Part shown: positions 1 to 12,267 of the stretch, in pieces
Layout of the letters: every line of letters begins with the position of its first letter
Position numbering within the stretch: the stretch's first letter is position 1
NCBI GenBank assembly: GCA_951406725.2
Contig: OX597820.1
Location: forward strand, 104,780,001 to 104,844,000
From: Octopus vulgaris
Taxonomy: Eukaryota
Direction of reading: 5' to 3'
DNA: 64,000 bases
Position numbers and translations under genes: made by a program
The notes under the pieces: model-generated
Told to the model about the DNA's origin: nothing
Databases searched by the model: none
Seen by the model: the letters and a program-made list of their open reading frames with translations, nothing else

Positions 1-19
1 ATACATATACATATAGTTA

Positions 20-450
20 TTGTTCTGTGGTGGTTAGATCAACAAAAAAGCACATCTAGTGAGAAATAAATATTATTAAATAAACACATGTGTTTATGTG
101 CTACTATTAGCTTCATGTACTGAGAGCATGTCAGATAGTATTTTTTAAGACGTTTGGTGTCTTAGCACTGTCCACATGACATAACGAACAAGCGAGAAAA
201 GGCAAGAAAGAAGTGAATATAAAAGGTGGAAGGTTAAAAAACGGAAATCGAAAAATAAAACAGAAAGACGCAAAAGTGGGGAATTTTTTTGATACGTTAA
301 CATATGGTGTGCATTTTTTCGACAATTTTCCACTTTATCGTATGTGGTGTGGCATTCGACTTTAACCCCTATAGTTGGCTAAGTTATTTTCGAACGCAGA
401 GACGCCATTGGGAAACATTGGGTAAATTACCCCTACAACGCGGAAAAACT
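20..450 (-). mobile_element. 3' end remnant of a Hydra-like Penelope element (related to 17858-19752)
   Basis: Shares blocks with 17860-18160 (ttatgtgctact, ttcatgt, cataacgaac, cgagaaaaggc, gaagtg.ata.aaaa.gtg.aagg). Confidence 0.55.
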
Positions 451-1201
451 GTATCTATATACACATTTCGGCGCTTAAAAAAATAAAACAAATGTTTGCT
501 TATATTTATATACTCGTGCTTATACATATATACATTCATACACATACATCTCATACATAAATGCATACACTCACTCATACATACATGGATACATACATAC
601 GTTCATACATACATAAACATCAATACACTTATGCACATACACACACTGATATATATACACATACAGACATACAATACATACACACGCACACATATATTTA
701 ATGCATTCATACACACAAATATATACATACATACGTACATAGTTACATATGTACATACATGCACACCGTCACGTAAACGGTAATGAAACATACACAGCGG
801 TCTACTGTGTCACGTACGCTATGCGAACATATTTATCCACGCGTGCACATACGCGCACAATTTCGCTCAAATATATGCATTAGTCAATTCCGTTAACTAA
901 AACCCCAAAAGCGGAATAATTGACTTGAAGGCGCTTGCCTTTTTATTAGTGTCCGGCTTGGATTCTACAGCGGGAAAACTTAAGATAAATCCAAAATACA
1001 GACAGAGACACAGACATATATACCTTCTTAAGATTTAAAGAATGATGGTTAAAACCAGCTACTTTCCTTCACAACCTTGCTACCAAGCAGGTAGTCGATC
1101 AAAATTTACTCTAAAATTAAAAAGAGAAAGAGAACATAAATACATAGTACGTCGTACACACATTCATACATATATACATTCAAACTTACTTAAACTTACT
1201 T

Positions 1202-1238
<37 letters not shown>

Positions 1239-1389
1239 TTTCAATTATAGTTATTCTGCTACTGTTTCTAAAACGTTATATTGTTTTCGTTTGTCTTGTG
1301 AAGAGATTTCAGCTTCTGTACTTTTTATTTTATTTTGCCAAAAGTTGTCTTAAGATTGTTTATTACTGCTATCTCTAGCGGACGAGTAT

Positions 1390-1438
1390 CCACCTTTGAG
1401 GATGACCACAAAGAGGTCGAAGCTGTACAGTCTAGTGG
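1390..1438 (+). ncRNA. Degenerate minimal type I hammerhead ribozyme
   Basis: ccac..TTGAGGA t gacc-acaaaga-ggtc GAAG ctgtacag TC ta gtgg; palindromic stem III; two core substitutions. Confidence 0.55.
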
Positions 1439-1633
1439 TCTTGTGGTTGGAATATGGTAGGAGTTCACTCTCCTGCTTGCAACATATATCGGGTGCAATT
1501 TGTATCAAATAACTAGCTAGAGGAGACGTTCCCCTGGGATCAAAAATAGCAGTAACGTCGTTTCCTACGGCACAGCCATGTTTAAGTGGCGGTAAACATT
1601 ACTTCTCAGTATAGTTACTGCATTTATAAAAGA

Positions 1634-2004
1634 CTAGCAGTATCGCCCGGCGTTGCTCAGGTTTGTAAGGGAAATAACTATAAAGCATTTTTAGAGAGTT
1701 ATAGCCAAAAAATAGCAAAAAAATGATGGTAAATTTTTTTTTGAGTTAAAAAAGGTTGAGTTGCGTCCCCTAGACAGTCTGTGGTTTGTTTCTGATTCTC
1801 GACCCCATGTCGATTTTATCGACTTTTTTCAGAACTGGGGGAACTTTTCAAAATTTTCGCTGCGTTAGTTTTGAATTATGACATTGGGCTATGTGTGTGT
1901 CAAGTTTCATCAGAATCGGTTGAAAGCCGTGGTCAGGGTGAGGGTACAAGCAAACATACACACAGAAACACGCACAGACAAACTGCCGTTTATATATAGA
2001 GAGA
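1634..2004 (-). mobile_element. Non-autonomous Helitron-like element
   Basis: Minus strand starts TC(TA)n and ends ...gcaacgccgggcgatactgCTAG; near-identical inverted copy at 7081-7450. Confidence 0.7.
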
Positions 2005-2794
2005 TTTTCTAACTAGCTAATTTGCTTGTTGCAAGATTTGTTTATGAAACAAATAAGGTTCTGAACATGTTTATTTCACTGTTTTTCTTACAATATCAGA
2101 TTTATGACTGACGTATATCCGGCTATAGTGTCATTTTCTTTTGTCACTCCTGTTGCAAGGAGGGGTAAAATTCCAGACAATTCTAGTCCACTTACGTTTC
2201 ATAAAGACTGTGAATGTTCAAGAAATATTAAATGGATTTTAAAAATCATTATTTATTTCTCATATATGTGTCGAGGCGTCAACGATTTTAAAACCTTAAG
2301 GTGCAGTGTATGCGGTCATTATCTGTGATGATAGGAAGTGCTGCTTACAAGGACGCGGAAGAGGGTTTCTACGTTACCACTCGACTCATTAGAAATAGCA
2401 AGCAAATTTCTATCAAATCACACCCTTCTGTGCTTAAAAATAGAAAACGTATGTGCCCACGATAATGTAGTCCTGAATCCGTTACGCCTTAAAAAACGAT
2501 GAGACGGTCACAGCTTGAACACCCTCTGTCACAGATTTCTTCAGTCAAAGCTATATAGAATAATTTGTAAAATATTAGGGTTAAAAAATCTTATACGAAA
2601 AGTCGTAGGCAGTCCATGAACTCAAAGCCATATCTTCTGTGTTTATTATTTATAATTTTAAGGTGAAGAAACGTTGCACTCATGATCGTAAGATTGTGAT
2701 TTCGATTCCTGGACAGGGCGATGCGTTGTGTTATTGAACAAAACATTTCATTTCGCGTTGCTCCAGTCCACTAAGCTGGCAAAAAAGGCAAGAC

Positions 2795-2985
2795 AGCGAG
2801 CTGACAGAATCGTTGACTCGCCAGAAAAAAACGCTTTGTGGAAATTTTGTCAGTCTTTATATTCTGTGTTCAAATTCGACTTTGCTTTTTATCCTTTCTG
2901 AGTCGATAACTAAGCACCAGGCAAGTGCTGGAGTCGATCTAATAAACTAGCCTATACCACAAGATTTCAGGCCTTGTGTCCATAT
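2795..2985 (+). mobile_element. tRNA-derived SINE (Octopus OK-like), diverged
   Basis: gcgagctgacagaatcgttg...gttcaaattcgactttgcttttatcctttctgagtcgata matches the SINE at 50428-50655. Confidence 0.6.
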
Positions 2986-3647
2986 TACAAAGAATCCTTT
3001 TTAGCTTTATCTACTTCGAGTTCCATGTTAAAAACTTTTTCATCTCTCAAAGTTTCTAAAATTCCTATGTCAACAATAATTATTTGTTTTCTTTTACCTT
3101 CTTCCCAACTGCCTTCTAGAAATACTTCAGTGTGATTAATACGTGTCATATATTTATTTAACAAGAAATGTGTGTGTCTATCTATCAACTCGCATAACTT
3201 AGAGGAAGAATGTTAGCTGCCATGTTCCTTTTTTAGAGCCTCAGAAACTACTGCAAGAAAATATAAAAGTTGCCTTTTATAGCTGAGACTCAATCTGAAT
3301 GTTTATAACAGAATACATTCCACCAAAAGCACTCAAAAGCCAGGTGCTGGTGTTAAACCACGGTAACTGAATGATTCTACCACTGAAATGTATACATGTA
3401 TATGCATATTTTATTATTCTTGTATTCATTTATTCTTTTACCTGTTTTCGTCTTTGGACTGCGAATATGCTGGAGCACCCCCTTGCACGGTTTATTCGCT
3501 GACGACCACAGTTCTTATGTTTTAAGACTGGTACTCATTCTGTTGGTCTTTCTTGATCTAACTGTTACGTTGCGGTAGTGTAAAGAAACTAATACCGGTT
3601 GTGTTATGTGTGGAGATGGACAAACACACAAAGACACATATTCAAAC

Positions 3648-4010
3648 ACGTGTAAGAACTATCCACTAGATGGAAACTTCCTAGCAAAGTCGATAGTATA
3701 CAATGCAAAGGTTGAAACAGCAGTGATGAACTTAAAATCTATATTTAAAACTCACTCTCTTCAAACGTAAACATTCATTTGTCAGCTCCCAACAGAAAAT
3801 GTGCTACGGATTTGTCGAAGTTCATGTGGTTCTGTGTGAAACAAGACCTCATGAATTCAAAATTAGCTGGTCTATTGTAGATAATGTGCAACCATACAGG
3901 AACGGAGCTTCAAATCAAATTCGATGTGAAAAACTGAGAATTTTGATTGAAGGCACCAATAGTTTGAACAAAAGAACTGAGCTGTTAACGTGGCTAAGTA
4001 TCTTTTAAGC
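3648..4010 (+). pseudogene. PLE GIY-YIG endonuclease fragment (Hydra-like)
   Basis: Translates TCKNYPLDGNFLAKSIVYNAKVE ... ISWSIVDNVQPY...CEKLRILI...LNKRTEL; frameshifted. Confidence 0.65.
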
Positions 4011-4658
4011 AAATACAAGCCTCCTCGAATTTCGAAATGTTTAATTAATAGGTTTTATTGATATATGTTTTAATATATGTGCTTTGCGTGTCTGTGTGTG
4101 AGTATATATTTAAAGGCATATGTGTATATGCATACGTGTATGTATACACGTATACATGAATATATAATTCTGTGTATATATATGTGTGTGTCTATAAGTG
4201 TGGATATGTGTATGTGTAAAATAAACACCCGCGTACACACTCATTGTTTTTTAAAACATTAATTAAAAGTATTAATTAACATTATTTCTTAAAAGTATTA
4301 TTTTGAAACTTTGCTTAAAAAGCAAGGTAATTTCGTGACTACGATTGCATGGAGTTTGTGATGTTTATAATAATATTACCTCAAGAACCAGAAGTAAAAT
4401 CAAAAGCGTGTGCTTGAAGCAGTCGTGTTTGCAGGTGTTGTTCACAAAGATGTTTAAACGAAAGAACATAAGGGTAAGCTTTTCCTTCAAACTTCCATTT
4501 CATACTTCAAAACATATTCAGGACAGTGGCTATTCAAAAGAAAACCAGGCTCGATTTACCAGCTTATGATCGGAAGAGCCTTTCAGTCATAAAGTAATAA
4601 AGAATACTCTGCATCTGTACTGAGTTCCGTAATTTATCCCTTCTTGTGAATCAACGTA

Positions 4659-4703
4659 TGTGTGTGTGTGTGTGTACATACATACATACATACATACACA
4701 CAT

Positions 4704-4734
<31 letters not shown>

Positions 4735-4799
4735 TACATACATACATACATACATACATACATACATACATACATTCATACATACATACATACATACAT

Positions 4800-4832
<33 letters not shown>

Positions 4833-5021
4833 ATACATACATACATACATACATACATACATACATACATACATTCATACATACATACATACATACATAC
4901 ATACATTCATATATACATACATACATACATTCATATATGCATACATACATACATACATACATACATACATTCATACATTCATACATACATACATACATAC
5001 ATACATACATACATACATACA

Positions 5022-5053
<32 letters not shown>

Positions 5054-5065
5054 CATACATACATA
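4659..5065. repeat. (CATA)n/(CA)n microsatellite
   Basis: Directly visible. Confidence 0.95.
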
Positions 5066-5826
5066 TAAATATATTAATATTCACAAGCAGAATGGAATGA
5101 GCGAGTTATTTTATTACATAAAATTACAATTGCTTCATCGATATTCGATCTTAAGTGTATAACTATGCTATTGTGTATGAAATCTATTTGTTGCCGAAAC
5201 TTGTATTATCAACAATTTCTATTTAATTGAAATCAATTTTATCTATATAGATTAGTTTGTGATTATTATTGGTTTACTTCTCAGAACGTTCGGTCTTATT
5301 TGTTCTGGTAGATTCCGTGAGAGCAGACAGCAGCCTGCTGTCAGAGGTCTCCCAGGATCTCTTCCTGCATTATAAGATTTGATACTTGGTTGTTAATTAT
5401 CGTGTGAGACATTCAACATCCAAGTACCAATCTCAAAATCCTAACTGTTTCCAGCAGAGCAGTTTCGGGACTTGCTCTGCTGTCATATCGATTCCGATTT
5501 CTTTGACATATATATATATTTATATATATATATATATATATGTGCGCACGGACACAAGACGGATTTCCATACAGTTTTTCGTCAACCAAATTCACTCAGA
5601 AGGCATTGGTCAATCCGGCAGTCCAGAGCAATAGTAGAAGACACGTGCCGACGATACTGCGCAATACTTCTGGTAGTGACACAAACATCTTAACATTTAT
5701 TAAGCCTTTCTTAAGGATTTATATGAACTATTCCTTTCTCGGAATTCAAGCCGGTCGCTAACAAAGTGACAAGGCTCTTTTGTTTATGTCAAGACAGCTC
5801 TTGGAATTTTCAGCATGCGCGCGCGC

Positions 5827-5880
<54 letters not shown>

Positions 5881-6282
5881 GTGCGTGTGTGTGTGTGTGT
5901 ATGTATGTATTCCATATCTATATGTGATTGTATACATGTGTTCAACCCTGTTGCCTCAAATGGAGAACCCCTGGAATATTTTATAATTGTTTTCACTTCA
6001 CGACTAATCATTTCTATATGGCAAATAAAGATAGTCAGTCAGGCTCTGTTCTATTTTTGAAGAATCGCAGGATTTTTAGGTATCCGTGCTTAATTTTTTC
6101 TTACCAGTTAATACCTTCGGCTTTTGGTTTCGGGGTTCTTTTCTCTCCAAACGATTGTTTCTAGAATTACTGCATTCATTTTGGTGGTAACGACGTTAGT
6201 ATACGATGTTATAACAGAGAGTCGTTTTAGTTCATTATGTACAACACTGCATGATGCTGAGTTCGTGGTGTTGTTTTCATCT

Positions 6283-6326
<44 letters not shown>

Positions 6327-6522
6327 GTGTGTACGCATGCATGCATGTATGTATAGATAGACAGATACACATTCATATCTATATACATATATATGTATGT
6401 CTATATATATATATATATACCGGAGTAAACATATAATGTGAAACAAGGCGGGAAAAAGAGTACTCAAATACCAGGGGTAGAGTAATATGCTTTATTTAAA
6501 AGCAGCAGAAATTCAACAAAAC

Positions 6523-6560
6523 CTGTTACTCGGAGTTTCACGTTCCCGTTCGTCGGACAG
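6523..6560 (-). ncRNA. Minimal hammerhead, U4C core variant
   Basis: ctgt CCGACGA acg-ggaa-cgt GAAA ctccgag TA acag. Confidence 0.7.
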
Positions 6561-6912
6561 TTTTTGTTAAAATAGAATCGATATGCCAATTCTATCAAGA
6601 CTAGTATAAACGTCACACCTTTAAAAATGGACTTGTTTGATTGGTCCTTTCAAATAACGGTCATATTCGAGCAATAAACAAAAATGAGCTCAATATGAAA
6701 TATATAAAATTATAAAAAGATTCGATGTAAGGTTCTTTTCCTCGACTTTAATAATTTTATATATCTTTTATATTTTATATTGAGCTCGTTTTTGTTTATC
6801 GCTCGAATATGACCGTTATTTGAAAGGACCAATCAAACAAGTCCATTTTTAAAGGTGTGACGTTTATACTAGTCTTGATAGAATTGGCATATCGGTTCTA
6901 TTTTAACAAAAA

Positions 6913-6950
6913 CTGTCCGATGAACGGGAACGTGAAACTCCGAGTAACAG
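6913..6950 (+). ncRNA. Minimal hammerhead, U4C core variant
   Basis: ctgt CCGATGA acg-ggaa-cgt GAAA ctccgag TA acag. Confidence 0.75.
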
Positions 6951-6973
6951 GTTTTTTGAATTTCTGGTGCTTT

Positions 6974-7450
<477 letters not shown>

Positions 7451-7547
7451 TATATATATATATATAATACAATTGCAGCGTGGAAGGTGTTCGTAAGCCA
7501 TTTAAGAAACACAAAATCCGTTAGACTGACTTCAACATTTAAATTTA

Positions 7548-7600
7548 ATTTGCCAAAATATTTTCGTCGCTTTGAGACCGCGACCTGTTCACCGATAAAA
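7548..7600 (-). ncRNA. Minimal hammerhead-like motif with G3-C8 core
   Basis: ttttatcg GTGAACA g gtcgc-ggtctcaaa-gcgac GAAA atat TT tggcaaa. Confidence 0.65.
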
Positions 7601-7611
7601 ATAAAGCACGG

Positions 7612-7667
7612 AATTTTGTCAGTGAACAGATCGCGGTCTCAAAGCGACGAAAATATTTTGGCAAATT
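7612..7667 (+). ncRNA. Minimal hammerhead-like motif with G3-C8 core
   Basis: aattttgtca GTGAACA gatcgc-ggtctcaaa-gcgac GAAA atat TT tggcaaatt; stem I tttgtca/tggcaaa. Confidence 0.7.
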
Positions 7668-7801
7668 AAATTGCAATGTTGAAGTTAATCTAAAGGTTTT
7701 TGTGTGTTTCTTAAATGGCTTACAAACACCTTCTACGCTGCAATTGTTTTCGTTCCAGCACAGAATCTCAGATCAGGTCACTTGCTATGCAAGTACATCT
7801 C

Positions 7802-7893
<92 letters not shown>

Positions 7894-9684
7894 ATAGAAT
7901 AGAATTGAATTGAATTGAATTGAATTGAATTGAATTGAATTGAATTGAATTGAATTGAATTGAATTGAATTGAATTGAATTGAATTGAATTGAATTGAAT
8001 TGAATTGAATTGAATTGAATTGAATTGAATTGAATTGAATTGAATTGAATTGAATTGAATTGAATTGAATTGAATTGAATTGAATTGAATTGAATTGAAT
8101 TGAATTGAATTGAATTGAATTGAATTGAATTGAATTGAATTGAATTGAATTGAATTGAATTGAATTGAATTGAATTGAATTGAATTGAATTGAATTGAAT
8201 TGAATTGAATTGAATTGAATTGAATTGAATTGAATTGAATTGAATTGAATTGAATGAATTGAATTGAATTGAATTGAATTGAATTGAATTGAATTGAATT
8301 GAATTTGAACTTGAACTGAATTGAACTGAACTGAACTGAACTGAACTGAACTGAACTGAACTGAACTGAACTGAACTGAACTGAACTGAACTGAACTGAA
8401 CTGAACTGAACTGAACTGAACTGAACTGAACTGAACTGAACTGAACTGAACTGAACTGAACTGAACTGAACTGAACTGAACTGAACTGAACTGAACTGAA
8501 TCTGAACTGAACTGAACTGAACTGAACTGAACTGAACTGAACTGAACTGAACTGAACTGAACTGAACTGAACTGAACTCGAACTGAACTGAATTGAATGA
8601 ACGAACTGAACTGAACTGAACTGAACTGAACTGAACTGAACTGAACTGAACTGAACTGAACTGAACTGAATTGAACTGAACTGAACTGAACTGAACTGAA
8701 CTGAACTGAACTGAACTGAACTGAACTGAACTGAACTGAACTGAACTGAACTGAACTGAATTGAACTGAACTGAACTGAACTGAATTGAATTGAATTGAA
8801 TTGAATTGAATTGAATTGAATTGAATTGAATTGAATTGAATTGAATTGAATTGAATTGAATTGAATTGAATTGAATTGAATTGAATTGAATTGAATTGAA
8901 TTGAATTGAATTGAATTGAATTGAATTGAATTGAATTGAATTGAATTGAATTGAATTGAATTGAATTGAATTGAATTGAATTGAATTGAATTGAATTGAA
9001 TTGAATTGAATTGAATTGAATTGAATTGAATTGAATTGAATTGAATTGAATTGAATTGAATTGAATTGAATTGAATTGAATTGAATTGAATTGAATTGAA
9101 TTGAATTGAATTGAATTGAATTGAATTGAATTGAATTGAATTGAATTGAATTGAATTGAATTGAATTGAATTGAATTGAATTGAATTGAATTGAATTGAA
9201 TTGAATTGAATTGAATTGAATTGAATTGAATTGAATTGAATTGAATTGAATTGAATTGAATTGAATTGAATTGAATTGAATTGAATTGAATTGAATTGAA
9301 TTGAATTGAATTGAATTGAATTGAATTGAATTGAATTGAATTGAATTGAATTGAATTGAATTGAATTGAATTGAATTGAATTGAATTGAATTGAATTGAA
9401 TTGAATTGAATTGAATTGAATTGAATTGAATTGAATTGAATTGAATTGAATTGAATTGAATTGAATTGAATTGAATTGAATTGAATTGAATTGAATTGAA
9501 TTGAATTGAATTGAATTGAATTGAATTGAATTGAATTGAATTGAATTGAATTGAATTGAATTGAATTGAATTGAATTGAATTGAATTGAATTGAATTGAA
9601 TTGAATTGAATTGAATTGAATTGAATTGAATTGAATTGAATTGAATTGAATTGAATTGAATTGAATTGAATTGAATTGAATTGA
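7802..9684. repeat. (GATA)n followed by a ~1.8-kb pentamer satellite (GAATT)n-(GAACT)n-(GAATT)n
   Basis: GATA 7802-7892; GAATT ~7903-8304; GAACT ~8305-8783; GAATT ~8784-9684. Confidence 0.97.
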
Positions 9685-11620
9685 AAAATGTAACAAAAAG
9701 AAAATAGAAACTACACGTCGAAATGTAAGGGGAAAGTAGGAAGAAAAATGAGCGAAAATGCACATTGGAAATAAAAAAAGTAAAGGTTTTTATGAAAAGT
9801 AATGATACATATGTACAATTAGATGAACTGAGGTAGGAATAAAGGTAATGAAGGTCATTATTGTGAATTGTTAAAGAGATTCAAAGGCATACCGGTTTCG
9901 TAAAATTACTGATCACTGCTTTGAATGCGTACCGATTACCGAATGGTGTCGGATCTACTAGTCCCTGAGTAAAAAGATTATGTATAAGGGAGGTAAGTAA
10001 TTCTGGATTTGGTAAATATAAATTTGTAATGTGAATGGTTTATGGGATGTATGGGGGTTAATGGTATTAATTGAAAGGTTTGTAGTGTTCTGTATTAAGA
10101 TATGTGTTCATATTGAGTTGTGGAAGATATTTATTGATGAAAGTTGCCTCTTTATTCATTCTTTGTTCTGTGAACATTGATAGAGTGGAAATTTAGGAAA
10201 TTAGGATTAAGGTTTCTAGCACACCTTTCTATGTGTTCACTGACCTGTATCTGTCTGTATTGTGGGTGGCGGATTTGTTCTTTGTGGAGAGTAGTTCTTC
10301 GACGGAGTGATATTCCTGTTTGGCCAATATAATGATTACCACACCCTAATCATGTAATGGCATAGAGTAGGTTTTCGAAGCCACGGGTGAAATTTGATTT
10401 AATCTTAAATATTTCACCTTGTTTAAAGTGGAATTCTGAACCCTCCAAAAGGTGGAAGCATGTACCACAGTTAGGTCGACCACATTTTTTCAATATTTTT
10501 TTCAATGATTTCGGTTGCATTTTGCCTTTGATAATTTTATGTGAGCCTAAAATTTTATTCATTGTTTTATCTTCTGTGGGGATGGGTAGATTTTGGATGA
10601 TAATGTTGAAGGCTTCATTGTTTCTAGGGTTATGTGTGGCGATGTATGGGAGTATTTTAAAGTCTGGTGTAGTATTTCGGTTAACTTCCCTTAATGTTCG
10701 TATATCTATTTCCTTAGCTTGTTTAATGCCATCATTTATTGATGATATTGTGTAATGTCTTTTGATTAGTATAGATCTGAGTTCACGGAGTCTTCGTTCA
10801 CGAGTATAGGTGTCCGAAACTATTGTACAGATTCTTTTCGCTAGCTTATAAGGTATATTAATTTTTATGTGTTTGGGGTGGCATGAGTTGAATAATAAGT
10901 ATTATTTAGAACCTGTAGGTTTATAGAAGATGTCTGTTTCGATGTGGTTATTGACTATTTTATTTGGATGTCAAGAAAATGGAGTTATTTACTGCTGTGC
11001 TCCATGGTGAATTGTATGTTGCTGTATTGTTAAGCATTATTTTGAAATCGAGGAGTTTGTCCATACTATCTTTCCAAAGTATAAATCAATTGTCCAAATA
11101 CCTCTTCCAGTTCTCCTTTAAATAGCAATGAAATGAGGTATCGTATTTTTGTAATGATGATTGGTATATTTCAAGTTCTAGGTAACCCATTACAAGGTTC
11201 GCAATCACTGGAGCAGCTCGGTTTCGCATTGCAATTCCACAATTTTATCGATAGTAAACTATATCGAACATGAAATAGCTGTTCAGTAGGATGAATTTGA
11301 TTGCTGCAATTATGAATCTGAGTGCTGCAATTATGAAAGTGATCGCTTCTATACCATAATTGGTAATGTGTTAATAAAAAGCGTCAAGTGCTTTATTTCT
11401 ACCTTTTGTAGGACAGTATTCACTTTTGTGTTTTACTATTGAGTCATCTTCCCCGGTGTAGTTGTGAAGTGCTTCTGTGTGGCGTAATTTTCTGCAGAAA
11501 TCCAGTGTTATCCTTAATTTCATTCGGGTTCGATTTGCGAGGGTTTGGTGTAAACTTTAACCCCTTTGCTAGAATTTTAGTTTGTAAAATACTTAAAATT
11601 TTCTTTGATAAGTTGTACAT
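9685..11620 (-). mobile_element. Penelope-like retrotransposon, Neptune-type (RT + GIY-YIG), decayed
   Basis: Minus-strand motifs LAKGLKFTP; GIAM..RAAPVIANLVMGYLE; WKRYLD; TDIFYKPT..SCHPKHIKINIPY; CGRPNCGTC; HYIGQTG; many frameshifts. Confidence 0.85.
9879..9926 (-). ncRNA. Minimal hammerhead with G3-C8 core in the PLE 3' region
   Basis: attcaaagca GTGATCA gta-attt-tac GAAA ccgg TA tgcctttgaat; 10-bp stem I with one bulge. Confidence 0.75.
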
Positions 11621-11624
11621 TTTG

Positions 11625-11694
11625 TTCCACTTTAAACAAGATGAAATATCTAAGATTAAACCAAATTTCACCTGTGGCTCCGAAAACCTACTCT
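11625..11694 (+). repeat. Inverted copy of PLE-internal segment 10364-10433 at the element's 5' junction
   Basis: ttccactttaaacaag...cgaaaacctactct is the reverse complement of 10364-10433 with some mismatches. Confidence 0.75.
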
Positions 11695-12044
11695 TTGTAT
11701 TTAAGGTTGGCTTTTGTTATGCTTTAGGATTCAGAAATAGTTTGTAGATAAAGTTGGCCATTCAAGAATAGATCAGACTGTTGGTTCTATTACTTTCCTA
11801 TTAAGAAAATTTAAACTGTGTAATGCACACAGATACACGCACAAGTACCCTTAACAGCACTCACCTGTTTACAAGTAGGATATTTTTCCCATGGCCATAG
11901 GAGCTTTCATGGAAATTGGGAACGAAAGAGACGCTTGTTTGACTGCAACACTTGTTTACAACTATCACGCAATCAAGATAAGGAGGTACAAACACACACG
12001 TACGCATGCACACATACCCACACACACGCACACACATATATATT

Positions 12045-12195
12045 ACGATAGGCTTCTTTCAGTTTCCATGCATCAAATCTACTCACGAGGCTTTGCCAGG
12101 TCAGAGGCTATATAAAAAGATACTTGGCCAAGGTAGCATGCCTTGGGACTGAACTCGGAATTGCGTTATTAAGGCAGTCTACTTCTTAACCACAA
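12045..12195 (-). mobile_element. tRNA-derived SINE (OR-like) fragment
   Basis: Reverse complement of the 5' half of the SINE at 31318. Confidence 0.6.
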
Positions 12196-12267
12196 TCATA
12201 TATACAAGAGTTAAGGAATGGAGTAGATCATTTTCTCCCTACTCTTCAATTCTTGGATCTTATATTT

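Larger units (their letters stand above)
7465..7802. mobile_element. Palindromic PLE-end insertion between (TA)n and (GATA)n
   Basis: Arms ~7468-7600 and 7614-7747 are inverted; the right arm has a ~55-bp tail; same family at 39361-39530. Confidence 0.8.

Noticed and set aside
4587-5162. YIHT/VCMY-type ORFs, and similar poly-I/L/M/H/S/K ORFs throughout the window
   Set aside because: Translations of microsatellites.
7778-9765. 661-aa and 654-aa ORFs (FNSIQ repeats)
   Set aside because: Stop-free reading of the pentamer satellite; no evidence of a protein.
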